From the NCBI GenBank assembly GCA_963753345.1, contig CAVWBU010000028.1, positions 8,972 through 72,971 on the forward strand: 64,000 nt of DNA. The letters are read 5' to 3'. This stretch comes from an uncultured Fibrobacterota bacterium (GTDB lineage Bacteria; Fibrobacterota; Chitinivibrionia; Chitinivibrionales; FEN-1185). The position numbers were made by a program, and so were the translations under genes. The notes below the pieces were generated by a model that made no database searches, had not been told where the DNA came from, and saw only the letters and a list, made by a program, of their open reading frames with translations. Positions 31,679 to 41,167 of this stretch are shown here, in pieces; positions within the stretch are counted from its first letter, which is position 1; each line of letters begins with the position of its first letter.

Positions 31679-32098
31679 ATGCCTTTTCGCATTGTTCTTG
31701 ATACCAATGTTGTCATTTCCGGATTACTGTGGCGGGGAACGCCGCACCAGGTGCTTAAAGCGGTTTACAAGGGCGATTTTATCGCCTTCGCATCAATACC
31801 GCTGCTCGATGAGCTGAGCGGGACACTTTCTACTCTCAAACTAAAAAGGAATCTGATTTCAACTGGATACACGCCGGAAGAATTGAGATCCTTGTACGAA
31901 TCCTTTACCACTATCGTCGTCCCTGCCCATCTCGATGAAATAATCGTTATTGCCGATCCTTCTGATGATATCGTTATACAGACAGCGCTTGCCGCCAGAG
32001 CCGATTTTATAATTACGGGCAATCATCATCTTCTTGATCTATTATCCTATCGCGGGATATCCATTTTATCACCTTCCCATTTTCTGCGTACTATTTAG
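31679..32098 (+). CDS. PIN-domain toxin (VapC-like, PIN_3 type)
   Basis: IVLDTNVVISGL, DPSDD, ADFIITGNHHLL. Confidence 0.9.
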   Translation: MPFRIVLDTNVVISGLLWRGTPHQVLKAVYKGDFIAFASIPLLDELSGTLSTLKLKRNLISTGYTPEELRSLYESFTTIVVPAHLDEIIVIADPSDDIVIQTALAARADFIITGNHHLLDLLSYRGISILSPSHFLRTI

Positions 32099-32290
32099 AG
32101 CCTATCCGGGTTTTCTTGAGAAAACCAGCCGGGGAAGCAACCTGATACGGGTATCTAGCGTCAAGCTCAAGAAGGTGGGGATCGCCGGTGATTATATACT
32201 GAACGCCGCCGTCCACTGCAGCCGGTTAAACAGGATGAGGGGGAAACGACCCCTCACCTATTTTTTAATCAACGCTATCCGAAGGAACAC

Positions 32291-32938
32291 ATGCACATGA
32301 ACAAAAACTCAACGATCCTGGCGCTGGGGTTACTTATTCCAACGCTCACACATGCCCAGGAAACCGCCGCCGATGCCGATTCGCTTCCCGCATCAAACGG
32401 TCAAAGCATGCAAACGGCAACAGTGTCAACAACAAACAGGAATCCTTCTGCAACAGGAAGCAAGGACACAAGAAATGTGCGATTTACTTTCTCACAGTCC
32501 TATGGTTACACGTTCGGACAGTATAATAATTCTGTCGGTCCCGTCGCATCGTTTGGTGTAATAGTCAAAGGCAAAGTTTACATTGGCATAGATCCCACGG
32601 TCACATGCTTTGAAGCAACGCAAAGCAGTGAAGAGGGCACCTGCTATCTCATGGGACTCGGGGCCGTCTGCATGGGTGTGTACAAGCCAAATGACATCTT
32701 CTTTGTACAGTATGGCGGCACAGCGGGATATTGGTTCGAGCACAGCGGCTACACAGACTCCTTTGGTCAGGAAACCAATAACGACGCCAGGTATTTCGGC
32801 GGCACAAAAATGAAAATGGGGATTGGTTACAAAAAGGTTTTTGCGGTATTCAGTCTGATAAATCTGATGGGACTTCAGCAAAATGGCGGGTTTGCATATG
32901 CTTCGCCGATCACCTTTGGATTGCAGGGTGTCTTTTAA
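32291..32938 (+). CDS. Small outer-membrane beta-barrel-like protein
   Basis: Signal peptide (THA-Q), about 8 amphipathic strands, terminal Phe (FGLQGVF). Confidence 0.6.
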   Translation: MHMNKNSTILALGLLIPTLTHAQETAADADSLPASNGQSMQTATVSTTNRNPSATGSKDTRNVRFTFSQSYGYTFGQYNNSVGPVASFGVIVKGKVYIGIDPTVTCFEATQSSEEGTCYLMGLGAVCMGVYKPNDIFFVQYGGTAGYWFEHSGYTDSFGQETNNDARYFGGTKMKMGIGYKKVFAVFSLINLMGLQQNGGFAYASPITFGLQGVF

Positions 32939-32977
32939 AGGGGAACCGGAACCGTCGCCGGGTTATTAGCGATGTCC

Positions 32978-33943
32978 TTACCAGATGCGAACCATCATTC
33001 TCCGGCGCTCCTGCCCGGAAACAAGGGTGATGCCATACATTCCGGCCGGAAGGCAGGCTCTTGACAGCAAGACCCGGTGCGCTCCGGCGTCCCCGCGGAA
33101 CAGGCGCATTTCCCTGCCCGAAACGTTTGTCACCCTCAGCGTATATGCGGCAGGCACGGAAAATGAAAGTGCAATGCCCTCGGATACCTTCTGCAAAGAC
33201 CATTTCGGCAGCAACGATGATTGCCGAAGCTCCGGGGATGTTATGGCGCTTTTTTGGCCTGGCGCATACGCCGCATACAGTTTTTCCATGTCGGAGAGGG
33301 GAACGCTGTTAAGGACCACAATATCGGAGGAGGGTTTGCCGTTAAAGGAGGTGAGGGTGAGCCGGGAAGATATCTGGGTTGTAACCAGCGTCCCGAGCAT
33401 CGATGAAGCAACGCTTGCGGGCCCGCATTTTTGAAGATAGACGACAGTGTCCCATTCATTACCGTACTGGTAAGGACCTGCGTGAACCATGGTTTCGGTA
33501 AAAAGCGTATCGGTGTTATACAGCACTTTGTCAAAAGTCACCTCTGAGGTATCGCCGGGAAACATCGAATCCACGACAAAAGGATTTGTAATGATGGAAA
33601 CCACGGCAAGGTCAAGGTTCCGTAATGACGGAGCAGTCAAGGAATCATGTTCCGGTGTTGTCGTGCTCGTTCCTGTGCCCTCGAATACCGGCATTTCCGT
33701 AACCGTATTGGTTCCATCGACTATTGTCCTCACCTGCCCGGACGGAAGAATCGTAATGGTCACAGTGCCGGAACTCTGAGCGTCTCTTATTTCACCCCCT
33801 CCCCAAAAAACCGAACTGGTCGAATACGCATATTCCCACGTATTCCCCGGCGTCGTATCCGCAAACGGGTGGACATAGGCGCAGTGCGACGCCGTGAAAA
33901 CCGCCGCTGCAAGGACGATCTGGAGACCGGTTCGATGGATCAT
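32978..33943 (-). CDS. Secreted hypothetical protein with a C-terminal T9SS-like domain
   Basis: RBS GGAGG at the chosen start, signal peptide, PGNTWEY, C-terminal VTNVSGREM..LPAGMYGI. Confidence 0.7.
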   Translation of the reverse strand: MIHRTGLQIVLAAAVFTASHCAYVHPFADTTPGNTWEYAYSTSSVFWGGGEIRDAQSSGTVTITILPSGQVRTIVDGTNTVTEMPVFEGTGTSTTTPEHDSLTAPSLRNLDLAVVSIITNPFVVDSMFPGDTSEVTFDKVLYNTDTLFTETMVHAGPYQYGNEWDTVVYLQKCGPASVASSMLGTLVTTQISSRLTLTSFNGKPSSDIVVLNSVPLSDMEKLYAAYAPGQKSAITSPELRQSSLLPKWSLQKVSEGIALSFSVPAAYTLRVTNVSGREMRLFRGDAGAHRVLLSRACLPAGMYGITLVSGQERRRMMVRIW

Positions 33944-34237
33944 GGGTGCACCTCCCTTTTCCTCAAAGACAAATATATCTCCATAGAACCCAGCGCGCAA
34001 GGCAAACAGCGAGAAAGCGTTTTCTGCAAGAAAACTCATCGCCCGCCCATCCGAAAGGGATCTTCTCTTTTCACAAGCCGCTGTCGTCCACGAAAGCACT
34101 CTTGACGATCCCCCACCAAGAGAACTTGCAAGATTCGTTTTGACTTCTTTTTTGGGAGAGGACCATTTTCTGACTTGCATGCATTCCGACACACAGCGCA
34201 TTTTCATGCTAACAACCAACTACAAAGGAGCCTTTCC

Positions 34238-34642
34238 ATGAAACCTTCCTTCACCCTTACCGCCACCTTTCCAGTAACTCCGGAAAAGCTCTTTGCGGCC
34301 TGGCTGTCGTCAAAGGAGCATTCGGCTTTTACCGGCTCCCCCGCCAAGTTTTCCCCAAGAATCGGCGGGAAATTTACTGCCTGGGACGGATATATCTCCG
34401 GAACTACCGTGAAGCTGGTAAAAAACAAGAAGATCATCCAGCAGTGGCGCACCACGGAGTTTTCCGACGCCGATCCGGATTCCCTTGTGGAGCTTTCGTT
34501 TGAAAAAGTGAAGGCAGGAACGAGGCTGACCCTCACCCACAGCGGAATACCGAAGGGACAGGTGTCAAGCTACAAGCTGGGTTGGAATGATTTTTATTTT
34601 GCGCCCATGAAAGAATATTTTGCCAAGGCGGCAAAGGCATGA
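34238..34642 (+). CDS. SRPBCC/AHSA1 domain protein
   Basis: RBS AAGGAG, PEKLFAAW..GGKFTAWDG..IIQQWR..TRLTLTH..GWNDFYF. Confidence 0.9.
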   Translation: MKPSFTLTATFPVTPEKLFAAWLSSKEHSAFTGSPAKFSPRIGGKFTAWDGYISGTTVKLVKNKKIIQQWRTTEFSDADPDSLVELSFEKVKAGTRLTLTHSGIPKGQVSSYKLGWNDFYFAPMKEYFAKAAKA

Positions 34643-35049
34643 CCATGGTGAACCTCGGCGTGTGCGGCGACAACTGCGACAAGTGTCCCCGTGGCATTGC
34701 GACAAAAACCGGGGATGCGGAGCTTCTCGAGAAAACCCTTTCTCTGTGGATAAAAACAGGCCTGCTGCCGGCCGGCACGCCGGCAATCTCCCTCTACTGC
34801 AGCGGCTGCGCAACCACGGGGCAGTGCGCGTACGACAAACAGCGGGAATGCGCCGCAAGCAAGGGCCTTGACAATTGTGGTTTGTGCGACGACTATCCCT
34901 GCGCAATGGTAAATGAATCCTTCAAGCGCTCCGATGACTTCGCCGCTCAATGCAGAAAAGTCTGCTCGAAGGAAGACTTTGAGCAACTCGAAAAGGCCTT
35001 CTTTATGAAGCGGAAGTACCTCGATGAGGCGCATGGATCTCCGGCTTGA
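34639..35049 (+). CDS. DUF3795-like Cys-rich protein
   Basis: CGDNCDKCP..CSGC..ECA..KGLDNCGLCDDYPC; ATGA overlap with the upstream gene. Confidence 0.8.
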   Translation: MTMVNLGVCGDNCDKCPRGIATKTGDAELLEKTLSLWIKTGLLPAGTPAISLYCSGCATTGQCAYDKQRECAASKGLDNCGLCDDYPCAMVNESFKRSDDFAAQCRKVCSKEDFEQLEKAFFMKRKYLDEAHGSPA

Positions 35050-35088
35050 GAAGGCGCGTCCGTCAAGAGTGACACTTCCTACTCTAAC

Positions 35089-35124
35089 GGAGATTGCTTC
35101 GTCACTTCGCTCCTCGCAATGACA
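35089..35124. repeat. Half copy of the widespread GTCATTGCGAG..GCAATCTC palindromic repeat
   Basis: GAGATTGCTTCGTCACTTCGCTCCTCGCAATGACA. Confidence 0.6.
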
Positions 35125-35170
35125 CGTTTACTTCTATTTTCCACATCCTGCATTCTTCATTCAAAAATGT

Positions 35171-35300
35171 TTCTTGGTGCCCCCACAAGGGAGTTCCATT
35201 CTTGCTGCAGACTCCTCTTGGGGGCTACCCTCGAGGGGGTAGCGGAGGACGCCGCAGGCCTGAAGGCCGAGGAGGCCGCAGCGAGGGGGAGACCTCCCCC
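35171..35300 (+). repeat. Structured repeat module A, copy 3
   Basis: GGTGCCCCCA..GGAGT..ACTCC..TGGGGGCTACC; GCAGGCCTGAAGGCCGAGGA; GGGGGAGACCTCCCCC. Confidence 0.85.
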
Positions 35301-35341
35301 ACCAGACTATCTTTTTTTTAAATCTTCTTTTATAGTATTTG

Positions 35342-36844
35342 TTATTCGCATTCGGCAAGATAATAAACATGCCGTGGGTCAACGAAGTGGTCGAAGATCT
35401 CCTCGTTGTGGGAGATCATAAGCAGGGCGGCTCCCTTTTTTCGGCGGTCGTCAAGGATGGAAAGCACTTTCTTGACGCTCAGGAAGTCGAGTCCGTTGAG
35501 CGGTTCGTCGAGGATGAGGAGGTCGGGGTTGAGCGCGATGCTGCGCAGCAAATTGAGCCGCTGCTTTTGCCCGCCGCTCAGCATCGCGACCTTCTTGGCG
35601 AGAAACGCGTCGGTAACGGCTCCCTCGAACAGCTCGGCCATCACCGCTAAAAGCCTTTGAGGCGTCATCTTTTCCGGAAGCGGCAGGCCGTTAAACGTTT
35701 CCCGCACCGTGGCGGCAAGATCGAGCGATTCGTCGGCGTGCTGAAACACCATGCCCGCCCTCCTGCCCCAGACCTTTGTCTCCCACACTTTTTTGGGCGT
35801 GCGCGCGTCGAAGTTTGTGCCGCAGAGGTTCATCGAAAGGTCCTGCGCCGCGTACAGGCCCATAATCACCTTGGCAAGCGTCGTCTTGCCCACGCCGCTC
35901 GGGGCCTTTACATACGCCATTTCCCCCTTGTGAATGGCGAGATTCGCGGGCTGCCGGTGTCCGGCGTCGCGGAACAGGCACAGGTTGCGTCCGAACACCG
36001 AGAAGCGCGCGCCGAAATCAAGCACGGCCGCAGCCGCGTCCGCGCCCCCGGACGCAGGCGGAACCTCTTTGAGCCAGCTCAGGTAGTCCTGGGCGGAAAA
36101 ATCGACCACTTCCACGGCCGGCGGCGCGGCGCGGCGCAGCTCCTTGAGGTGAATGCGCCCGAGAAGCGGCCGGTACTTCGCGTACAGCTCGCTTATAATG
36201 GAATAATCGTGGGTGATCACCATCGCCGTAAAGGGACATTGCGCATATTTCTCAAAAAGCAATTCGAGGAACAGGTTGCGGTAGTTGTTGTCGAGGCTGC
36301 CGGTCGGTTCGTCGAACACGAAGAAACTTCGCGCGTTGGCGCCCTTCCCCGCGGCAAGCACGTTGATCTTCTTGAACGCCATGGCCAGCAGCGCGCGCTG
36401 CTTCTCCCCGCCGCTGGGACGGTACGGCTTTGGAAAAATGTCCAGCACGCGGCGGATCGCGCGCTCGTCGGCGTTCCGCCACAGCCTGCCCACGATCTCC
36501 CCTTCGTTCCTGCACAGCCGCAGGCTTCCCTCATTCAGCTGCTCGGAAATTTTCAAAAGGGAATTGAGGTGCGACGAAGGCTCCTGGAACACGAAGAAAC
36601 TGTCGTCGAGTATCTCGCGGGTCGCCGGATCTGCGCAATACGCCGCATACGGCCTGCCGTTCACCATAACGTCGAGCTCGTCCGGGTCGAGCAGGCCGTA
36701 CACGGCCTTGGCAACCATGGATTTCCCGATGCCCGATTCACCGAACAGAAACGTGATCTCGTTGAGCACAACGTCGTAGTTGTCCGTTGTCACAATGGTC
36801 CGCTCGCCGGAGCGGATGCTTACGGCATAGCGCTCGGCGCTCAT
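35342..36844 (-). CDS. ABC transporter ATP-binding protein with two nucleotide-binding domains (Dpp/Opp-like)
   Basis: GESGIGKS/PSGGEKQR/FDEPT and APSGVGKT/LSGGQKQR/LDEP; ATGA overlap with the permease. Confidence 0.9.
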   Translation of the reverse strand: MSAERYAVSIRSGERTIVTTDNYDVVLNEITFLFGESGIGKSMVAKAVYGLLDPDELDVMVNGRPYAAYCADPATREILDDSFFVFQEPSSHLNSLLKISEQLNEGSLRLCRNEGEIVGRLWRNADERAIRRVLDIFPKPYRPSGGEKQRALLAMAFKKINVLAAGKGANARSFFVFDEPTGSLDNNYRNLFLELLFEKYAQCPFTAMVITHDYSIISELYAKYRPLLGRIHLKELRRAAPPAVEVVDFSAQDYLSWLKEVPPASGGADAAAAVLDFGARFSVFGRNLCLFRDAGHRQPANLAIHKGEMAYVKAPSGVGKTTLAKVIMGLYAAQDLSMNLCGTNFDARTPKKVWETKVWGRRAGMVFQHADESLDLAATVRETFNGLPLPEKMTPQRLLAVMAELFEGAVTDAFLAKKVAMLSGGQKQRLNLLRSIALNPDLLILDEPLNGLDFLSVKKVLSILDDRRKKGAALLMISHNEEIFDHFVDPRHVYYLAECE

Positions 36845-37698
36845 AGGTGGTGCCTTTCCGCGTATCCGTTCGCGATATGGTAAATTGACATAAGCGAGAA
36901 GACGATCAGAAAGGAGACGGTGAGCCCCAGAAGGTGTCCGAAAAACAGGTTGTGGGCGTATCCCGGATGCGTGAGGGTGTACCCGATGGCGAGGATGTCC
37001 TGCTTGCTGTCTATTTTCGCAAGCAGGCTCCCCAGGCTCGCGGGCAGCGTCACCGCGTTCACGTCGGAGGACAGCCCCACCGAGATGATGAAGTCCACGC
37101 TGCACTGCAGGAATATCGCGGCGCCGAACACCGAGATCAGCTTGTTGAGAACATGGATGCGGCTGTTCTTCCACAGGATGTCGAAGTTGACGACCCGGCC
37201 CTCCGAAATCCCGCACACGCGCATCGCGTTGTAGAAATCGAGCTTCTGAAAGTGCGCGATTCGCTCCCGCATCAGGTCGACAAATTCGATGAACACGAAC
37301 AGGCTTATGCTCAGGGCAAGCAGCGAGAATATCACGATGGGGCTCCGCAACACCCCGGCCTCCACCAGCGCGCTCACCGCCACGTAGCCGAACAGAATGC
37401 CCACGACCTGAGGGACGGACCGGATGAGATTGAGCAGGAACGTGAGAAGCAGGTACGGCGTCCTGTTTCTCCATGTGTCAAGAAAGTGCAGTGCGAGCGT
37501 GACGCCCCACGCCAAAAGCAGCGTGAAGCCGACCGCCAGAAACGCGACGGCAAACGTGTTGAAGAATCCGGCCGTCACCTGCCGGAAGGCGGGCTTGTTT
37601 AAAAACAAAATGTCCCAAACACCAACGCATGACATACCGAGGATCCAAATTGCAACCCAACGAAGATCCTTCTTGCGCAAGCACGAGTAGAAATCCAT
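36841..37698 (-). CDS. ABC transporter permease (DppC-like)
   Basis: TM helices, EAA-like loop DFYNAMRVCGISEGRV, SLGSLL. Confidence 0.8.
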   Translation of the reverse strand: MDFYSCLRKKDLRWVAIWILGMSCVGVWDILFLNKPAFRQVTAGFFNTFAVAFLAVGFTLLLAWGVTLALHFLDTWRNRTPYLLLTFLLNLIRSVPQVVGILFGYVAVSALVEAGVLRSPIVIFSLLALSISLFVFIEFVDLMRERIAHFQKLDFYNAMRVCGISEGRVVNFDILWKNSRIHVLNKLISVFGAAIFLQCSVDFIISVGLSSDVNAVTLPASLGSLLAKIDSKQDILAIGYTLTHPGYAHNLFFGHLLGLTVSFLIVFSLMSIYHIANGYAERHHL

Positions 37699-37715
37699 GA
37701 TCTACCGGTCGGCGA

Positions 37716-37742
37716 GTTGACAGTTGGAAGTTGAGAGTTGAA
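37716..37742. repeat. Heptamer tandem repeat (AGTTGNN)n, one arm of the inverted pair around the four-helix-bundle gene
   Basis: GAGTTGACAGTTGGAAGTTGAGAGTTGAA, complementary to TTCAACATCCAACATCCAACTTTCAAC at 38172-38198. Confidence 0.7.
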
Positions 37743-37771
37743 TACGCACAAAATGCAAGTCGCATTTGTTC

Positions 37772-38179
37772 CTATCGATCCAGCGGCCTTAAATTCTTGT
37801 CTTTAAGCGACGTTGCAAGGCCCTGGAGCATTTTTGATATTGTTTTCAAATCATCGCATAGCATTTCCATATTCTGCTTGTTAAGAATGCCAATACTGCC
37901 GGAATATTGCAATATATATACCTGTGTCCTTAGTTCAGCAGCAGATCCCTTCGCGATGAAAATAAACCTTCTGAAATCTGTGTTGCTGTTTCTCTCACTC
38001 CCCTCCGCAATATTTGAAGCAATCGAAACAGCCGCGCGAAACATTTGGTCCTTAGATCATAATCCTTACAATTCTTCAAGCAAGGAATGAAGATGAACAG
38101 CCAGCCTGCAGGCTTTCTTCCATACTTCAAGGTCTTCAAACGCGGCACTCAAGGTTTCAAGCTGCCTTTCCTTCAACAT
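37772..38179 (-). pseudogene. Four-helix-bundle protein (23S rRNA-IVP/Avd-like family), disrupted by compensating indels (pseudogene or sequencing error)
   Basis: FEDLEVWKKAC..KDQMFRAAVSIASNIAEGSER..FIFIAKGSAAELRTQ. Two in-frame stops near 38058-38070 disappear if a +1/-1 pair is corrected (LKNCKDYDL). Confidence 0.8.
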
Positions 38180-38203
38180 CCAACATCCAACTTTCAACAA
38201 TTT

Positions 38204-39268
38204 TTATTTGTTCTCTATCCTCTTCTCCGCCCTGTTCGCCATAAGATCAACAACAACCTCCGTCCCCTTGACAGTGTAGAATATGCCCAGTATGATGACC
38301 AGCACGATGTCGTAGTTCTTGTACAGCATCTGCCGCAGCATTTCGTAGCTCAAATGGCCGTGGATGTTGAGCGCCATTTCGATAATGATGAGGCCGGAGA
38401 TGAGAAAGGACGCCTGTTCCTTGATCGTGGAAAGGTACTGGTGGCGCGCGTTGGCAAAGATGTGGCCGAACACGTGGCCGTCAAACCGCTTGAACGGCCG
38501 CAGGATCGCGCCGTAGCTTATGCCGCCGCGGGCGTTCGGCGAATAGGAAGAGGCGAGGTTCTTGACAAGCGCGGTCTCCACGTACCCCTTCCTGCTTTCC
38601 GCGGTGAGAAACGCGTAGAACTTGTTCGCGTAGGTCACCAGCAGGCCGTTCGAGATAACGCCGAGCAGCGCCATGAACACCACGGTGTCGGTGTTGAACT
38701 CGGTGCGGATGGAATACGCGATAACGTAGGCCGGCGCGAACAGAACGAAATACGCCGCGGTTTTTCCCACGGCGGCGGCAACGCGCACCACCACCGCTCC
38801 GAACGACCGCTTCTTCCCCGCGGATCGCAGTTTCCTCCTTGTAAACCTGAAGACGGCGAGCGTCTGGACGCCGTAATACGTGAGCACCATCACCGAGGCA
38901 TACACGAGCACAAACTTTATGTACATGCCGAGCAGCTGCCAGAGCTTTCCAAAAGAGAGGCGCTCCTCCACGTTTGCCTTCTGCAGCTTCCTGCCGAATT
39001 CCTCTTCCTTGTTCGCAAGGATCCGGTCCACGGCGGCGTTGTTCTGTTCGAACCGGTCCGGAAAGAAAATGTTCACGGCGTCGCGAAGCAGGGCCTTGTG
39101 AAACGCGTTGTCGAAGTCCACAAACGACAGGTCGCCGTAGGTCTGGGACGCGGCGGATTCCCGTTCCGTCCGGTGGTGCGCAGCCGCGCGGACCATAAAC
39201 AGGGCGCACAACAGGACCGCGGTCACAAAGGCGATGCTGAGAACATGCTCGACAAGTTTCCGTTTCAC
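38204..39268 (-). CDS. ABC transporter permease (DppB-like, divergent)
   Basis: TM helices, ESRKGYVETALVKNL EAA-like loop, LIIIEMALNIHG, KNYDIV; GTGA overlap with the upstream gene. Confidence 0.75.
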   Translation of the reverse strand: MKRKLVEHVLSIAFVTAVLLCALFMVRAAAHHRTERESAASQTYGDLSFVDFDNAFHKALLRDAVNIFFPDRFEQNNAAVDRILANKEEEFGRKLQKANVEERLSFGKLWQLLGMYIKFVLVYASVMVLTYYGVQTLAVFRFTRRKLRSAGKKRSFGAVVVRVAAAVGKTAAYFVLFAPAYVIAYSIRTEFNTDTVVFMALLGVISNGLLVTYANKFYAFLTAESRKGYVETALVKNLASSYSPNARGGISYGAILRPFKRFDGHVFGHIFANARHQYLSTIKEQASFLISGLIIIEMALNIHGHLSYEMLRQMLYKNYDIVLVIILGIFYTVKGTEVVVDLMANRAEKRIENK

Positions 39269-40143
39269 GGCGTCGCCCCGCTTCCCGCCTTCGGCCTCAC
39301 GAGGATCTCGCCCTTCCCGGCCACGACCTCGCACTGTTTGCCGATGAGCATGTTTTCAACGTCGCGTACCAGGTACTGCGTGCTTTCGTCAAGCTGCGGC
39401 GTGTTCCGGTACGGCAGGTTGAGGGTGCAGCGGACTTCGCCGCCGCGCGCCTCACATTGCCATACGGGAACGGTCTTCTCCTGGCGGGTCAACGCGTTGA
39501 AATGCCCGAAGTATTCCCCGTACGCCGTGTTCGCTTCGGCAAACCGCCGGACGATCATGTCCGACAGATACCCGGTGAGGCCCTGGGGTTTCTCGGCCGC
39601 ATGTTCGAGGCGCTTCCATGCGGACTTGGGCGCGAGCGCGCTCCATGCGTATTCGGGCCGCGTGCCACCGCGCCTCACATAGAAGGAACCGCCGTAGGAG
39701 AATATCCTGACTATGCTCTCCCCTTTTGCAAAAAACGCGCCCCGTGCCGCGGGCGGGTACTGTTGCGAAAAAGGAACCGCCTTGTCTTCCGTGATTTGCA
39801 CCGTGTCCCCGAGAACGCCGCATTTCCGGTACGACTGCCGAAACTGCTTCCCCTTGTCGCCCACGAGGTTGCCGGCTTCGTCCTTCTGCAGAAACCACGT
39901 TGTTCCGCCGAAAACAAACCGGAGCGCCCGGGTGATCTGGTCGCCCATCATTTCGTTTTCATTTTCGACCAGAATCGGCGTGTTCTCGACAAAAAGCGCC
40001 TTTTCCTGTTCGGAAACCGGCTGCTGGTACTGGTTGAGGATCGAATAGGATCCGGGATTGGACAGGATGATGAAATCTGCGTACTTCTGGGAAAATGCGC
40101 ATGCGACAAGACTGCAGATAAGAAGTGCTGTACGATTCATCAT
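39265..40143 (-). CDS. Secreted hypothetical protein, first gene of the ABC operon
   Basis: Signal peptide (AFS-Q), translationally coupled to the permease, no motif I recognise. Confidence 0.65.
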   Translation of the reverse strand: MMNRTALLICSLVACAFSQKYADFIILSNPGSYSILNQYQQPVSEQEKALFVENTPILVENENEMMGDQITRALRFVFGGTTWFLQKDEAGNLVGDKGKQFRQSYRKCGVLGDTVQITEDKAVPFSQQYPPAARGAFFAKGESIVRIFSYGGSFYVRRGGTRPEYAWSALAPKSAWKRLEHAAEKPQGLTGYLSDMIVRRFAEANTAYGEYFGHFNALTRQEKTVPVWQCEARGGEVRCTLNLPYRNTPQLDESTQYLVRDVENMLIGKQCEVVAGKGEILVRPKAGSGATP

Positions 40144-40281
40144 ACGTTGTTGGGCTGATAATGAGGTTGATTCTTTATGACCGGCCGGGATGCTGTTCCG
40201 ATCCTCAGCACGGTCTCAAAATACATGGTTTCCGGCATATTGAGCATGAATTGACATTAGGTAATCATCCGCCATTACGCA

Positions 40282-41133
40282 TCATCCTCTAAGTGACTTT
40301 TCTCCGCCGACAAAATCCCTCCCCTTCATCCGCTCCCATTCGCGCGCCACGGCCTCCTCGTCGTTTGTCCATTGAGAAACATAGGTGGCCGCGGCCTTGG
40401 CCCCGGGAGAGGCGTTCTTCACGGCCACCGCAATCCGTGCCGCGGTAAACAGCGGAATGTCGTTGTCGGCGTCGCCGAACGCCGCGGCTTCCGAAAGCGG
40501 AACGCCGTACTCCTGCGCCAGCACGGCGAGGCCCTTGCCCTTATCGGCCTCCGGGCTCAGGAATTCGAGGTAGTAGTCCCATGTCCGCACGATGTACAGC
40601 TTGTCGCCCCACCGCTTCCGCAGTTCGTATTCTTCTTTATCAAGACCGGCCGGGTCGCCCACGAAGATGATCTTGTGCGGCGAGCTGCCGCGCAGGGATT
40701 GCAGGGAATCCACCAAACGGTACTGCGACGCGGTCTGCGCGTAGTAGAGGTCGTTCCAGCGCGCCGTGCGCCCGTTCCGCACGGTGTACAGCTCGCCGTC
40801 GAGGTAATAGTTGACGGCGTAGTCCGCGTTTTGGGAATGGTCGACCAGGGCGTCGGCGCATGCGGGCGCGAGCGGGGCCGAATACACGAGCCGCCGCAGG
40901 CCTTTTTTCGCGCCGGTAAAGACCGCGGCGCCGTTGAGCGTGAGCAGCGCCGGATCGCACGACAGGCCGGCCGCGTACTGCAGCATGCTCGAGCCGATGC
41001 GGCCCGAGGCGAGCACCACCACCGCGCCGCAGCGGGCCATGTCTTCGAGCGCCGCGACGCTGGCGCGGGAAAGGCGTTTGTCCGAGGTCAGGAGGGTTCC
41101 GTCGAGATCGAGGGCGAGGAGTCTGGGGGGCAT
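40282..41133 (-). CDS. Cof-type HAD-IIB hydrolase
   Basis: ALDLDGTLL, ASGR, NGA, DKGKGL, FGDADND, AVKNA. Confidence 0.95.
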   Translation of the reverse strand: MPPRLLALDLDGTLLTSDKRLSRASVAALEDMARCGAVVVLASGRIGSSMLQYAAGLSCDPALLTLNGAAVFTGAKKGLRRLVYSAPLAPACADALVDHSQNADYAVNYYLDGELYTVRNGRTARWNDLYYAQTASQYRLVDSLQSLRGSSPHKIIFVGDPAGLDKEEYELRKRWGDKLYIVRTWDYYLEFLSPEADKGKGLAVLAQEYGVPLSEAAAFGDADNDIPLFTAARIAVAVKNASPGAKAAATYVSQWTNDEEAVAREWERMKGRDFVGGEKSLRG

Positions 41134-41167
41134 GAAGGATCCCGCCGGGAAAAGGTGTTCCCGTATA

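Noticed and set aside
31432-32098. TA module as the marker of a prophage or genomic island
   Set aside because: No integrase, att repeats or phage genes nearby; treated as a solitary TA pair.
36845-37474. N-terminal extension of the ABC ATPase ORF (likewise extensions at 55208-55561, 33944-34219, 19928-20146)
   Set aside because: They overlap real upstream genes or intergenic DNA; better starts with an RBS or ATGA/GTGA coupling exist.
37772-38179. Diversity-generating retroelement (Avd-like gene)
   Set aside because: No reverse transcriptase and no TR/VR pair with adenine-specific mismatches seen in the window.
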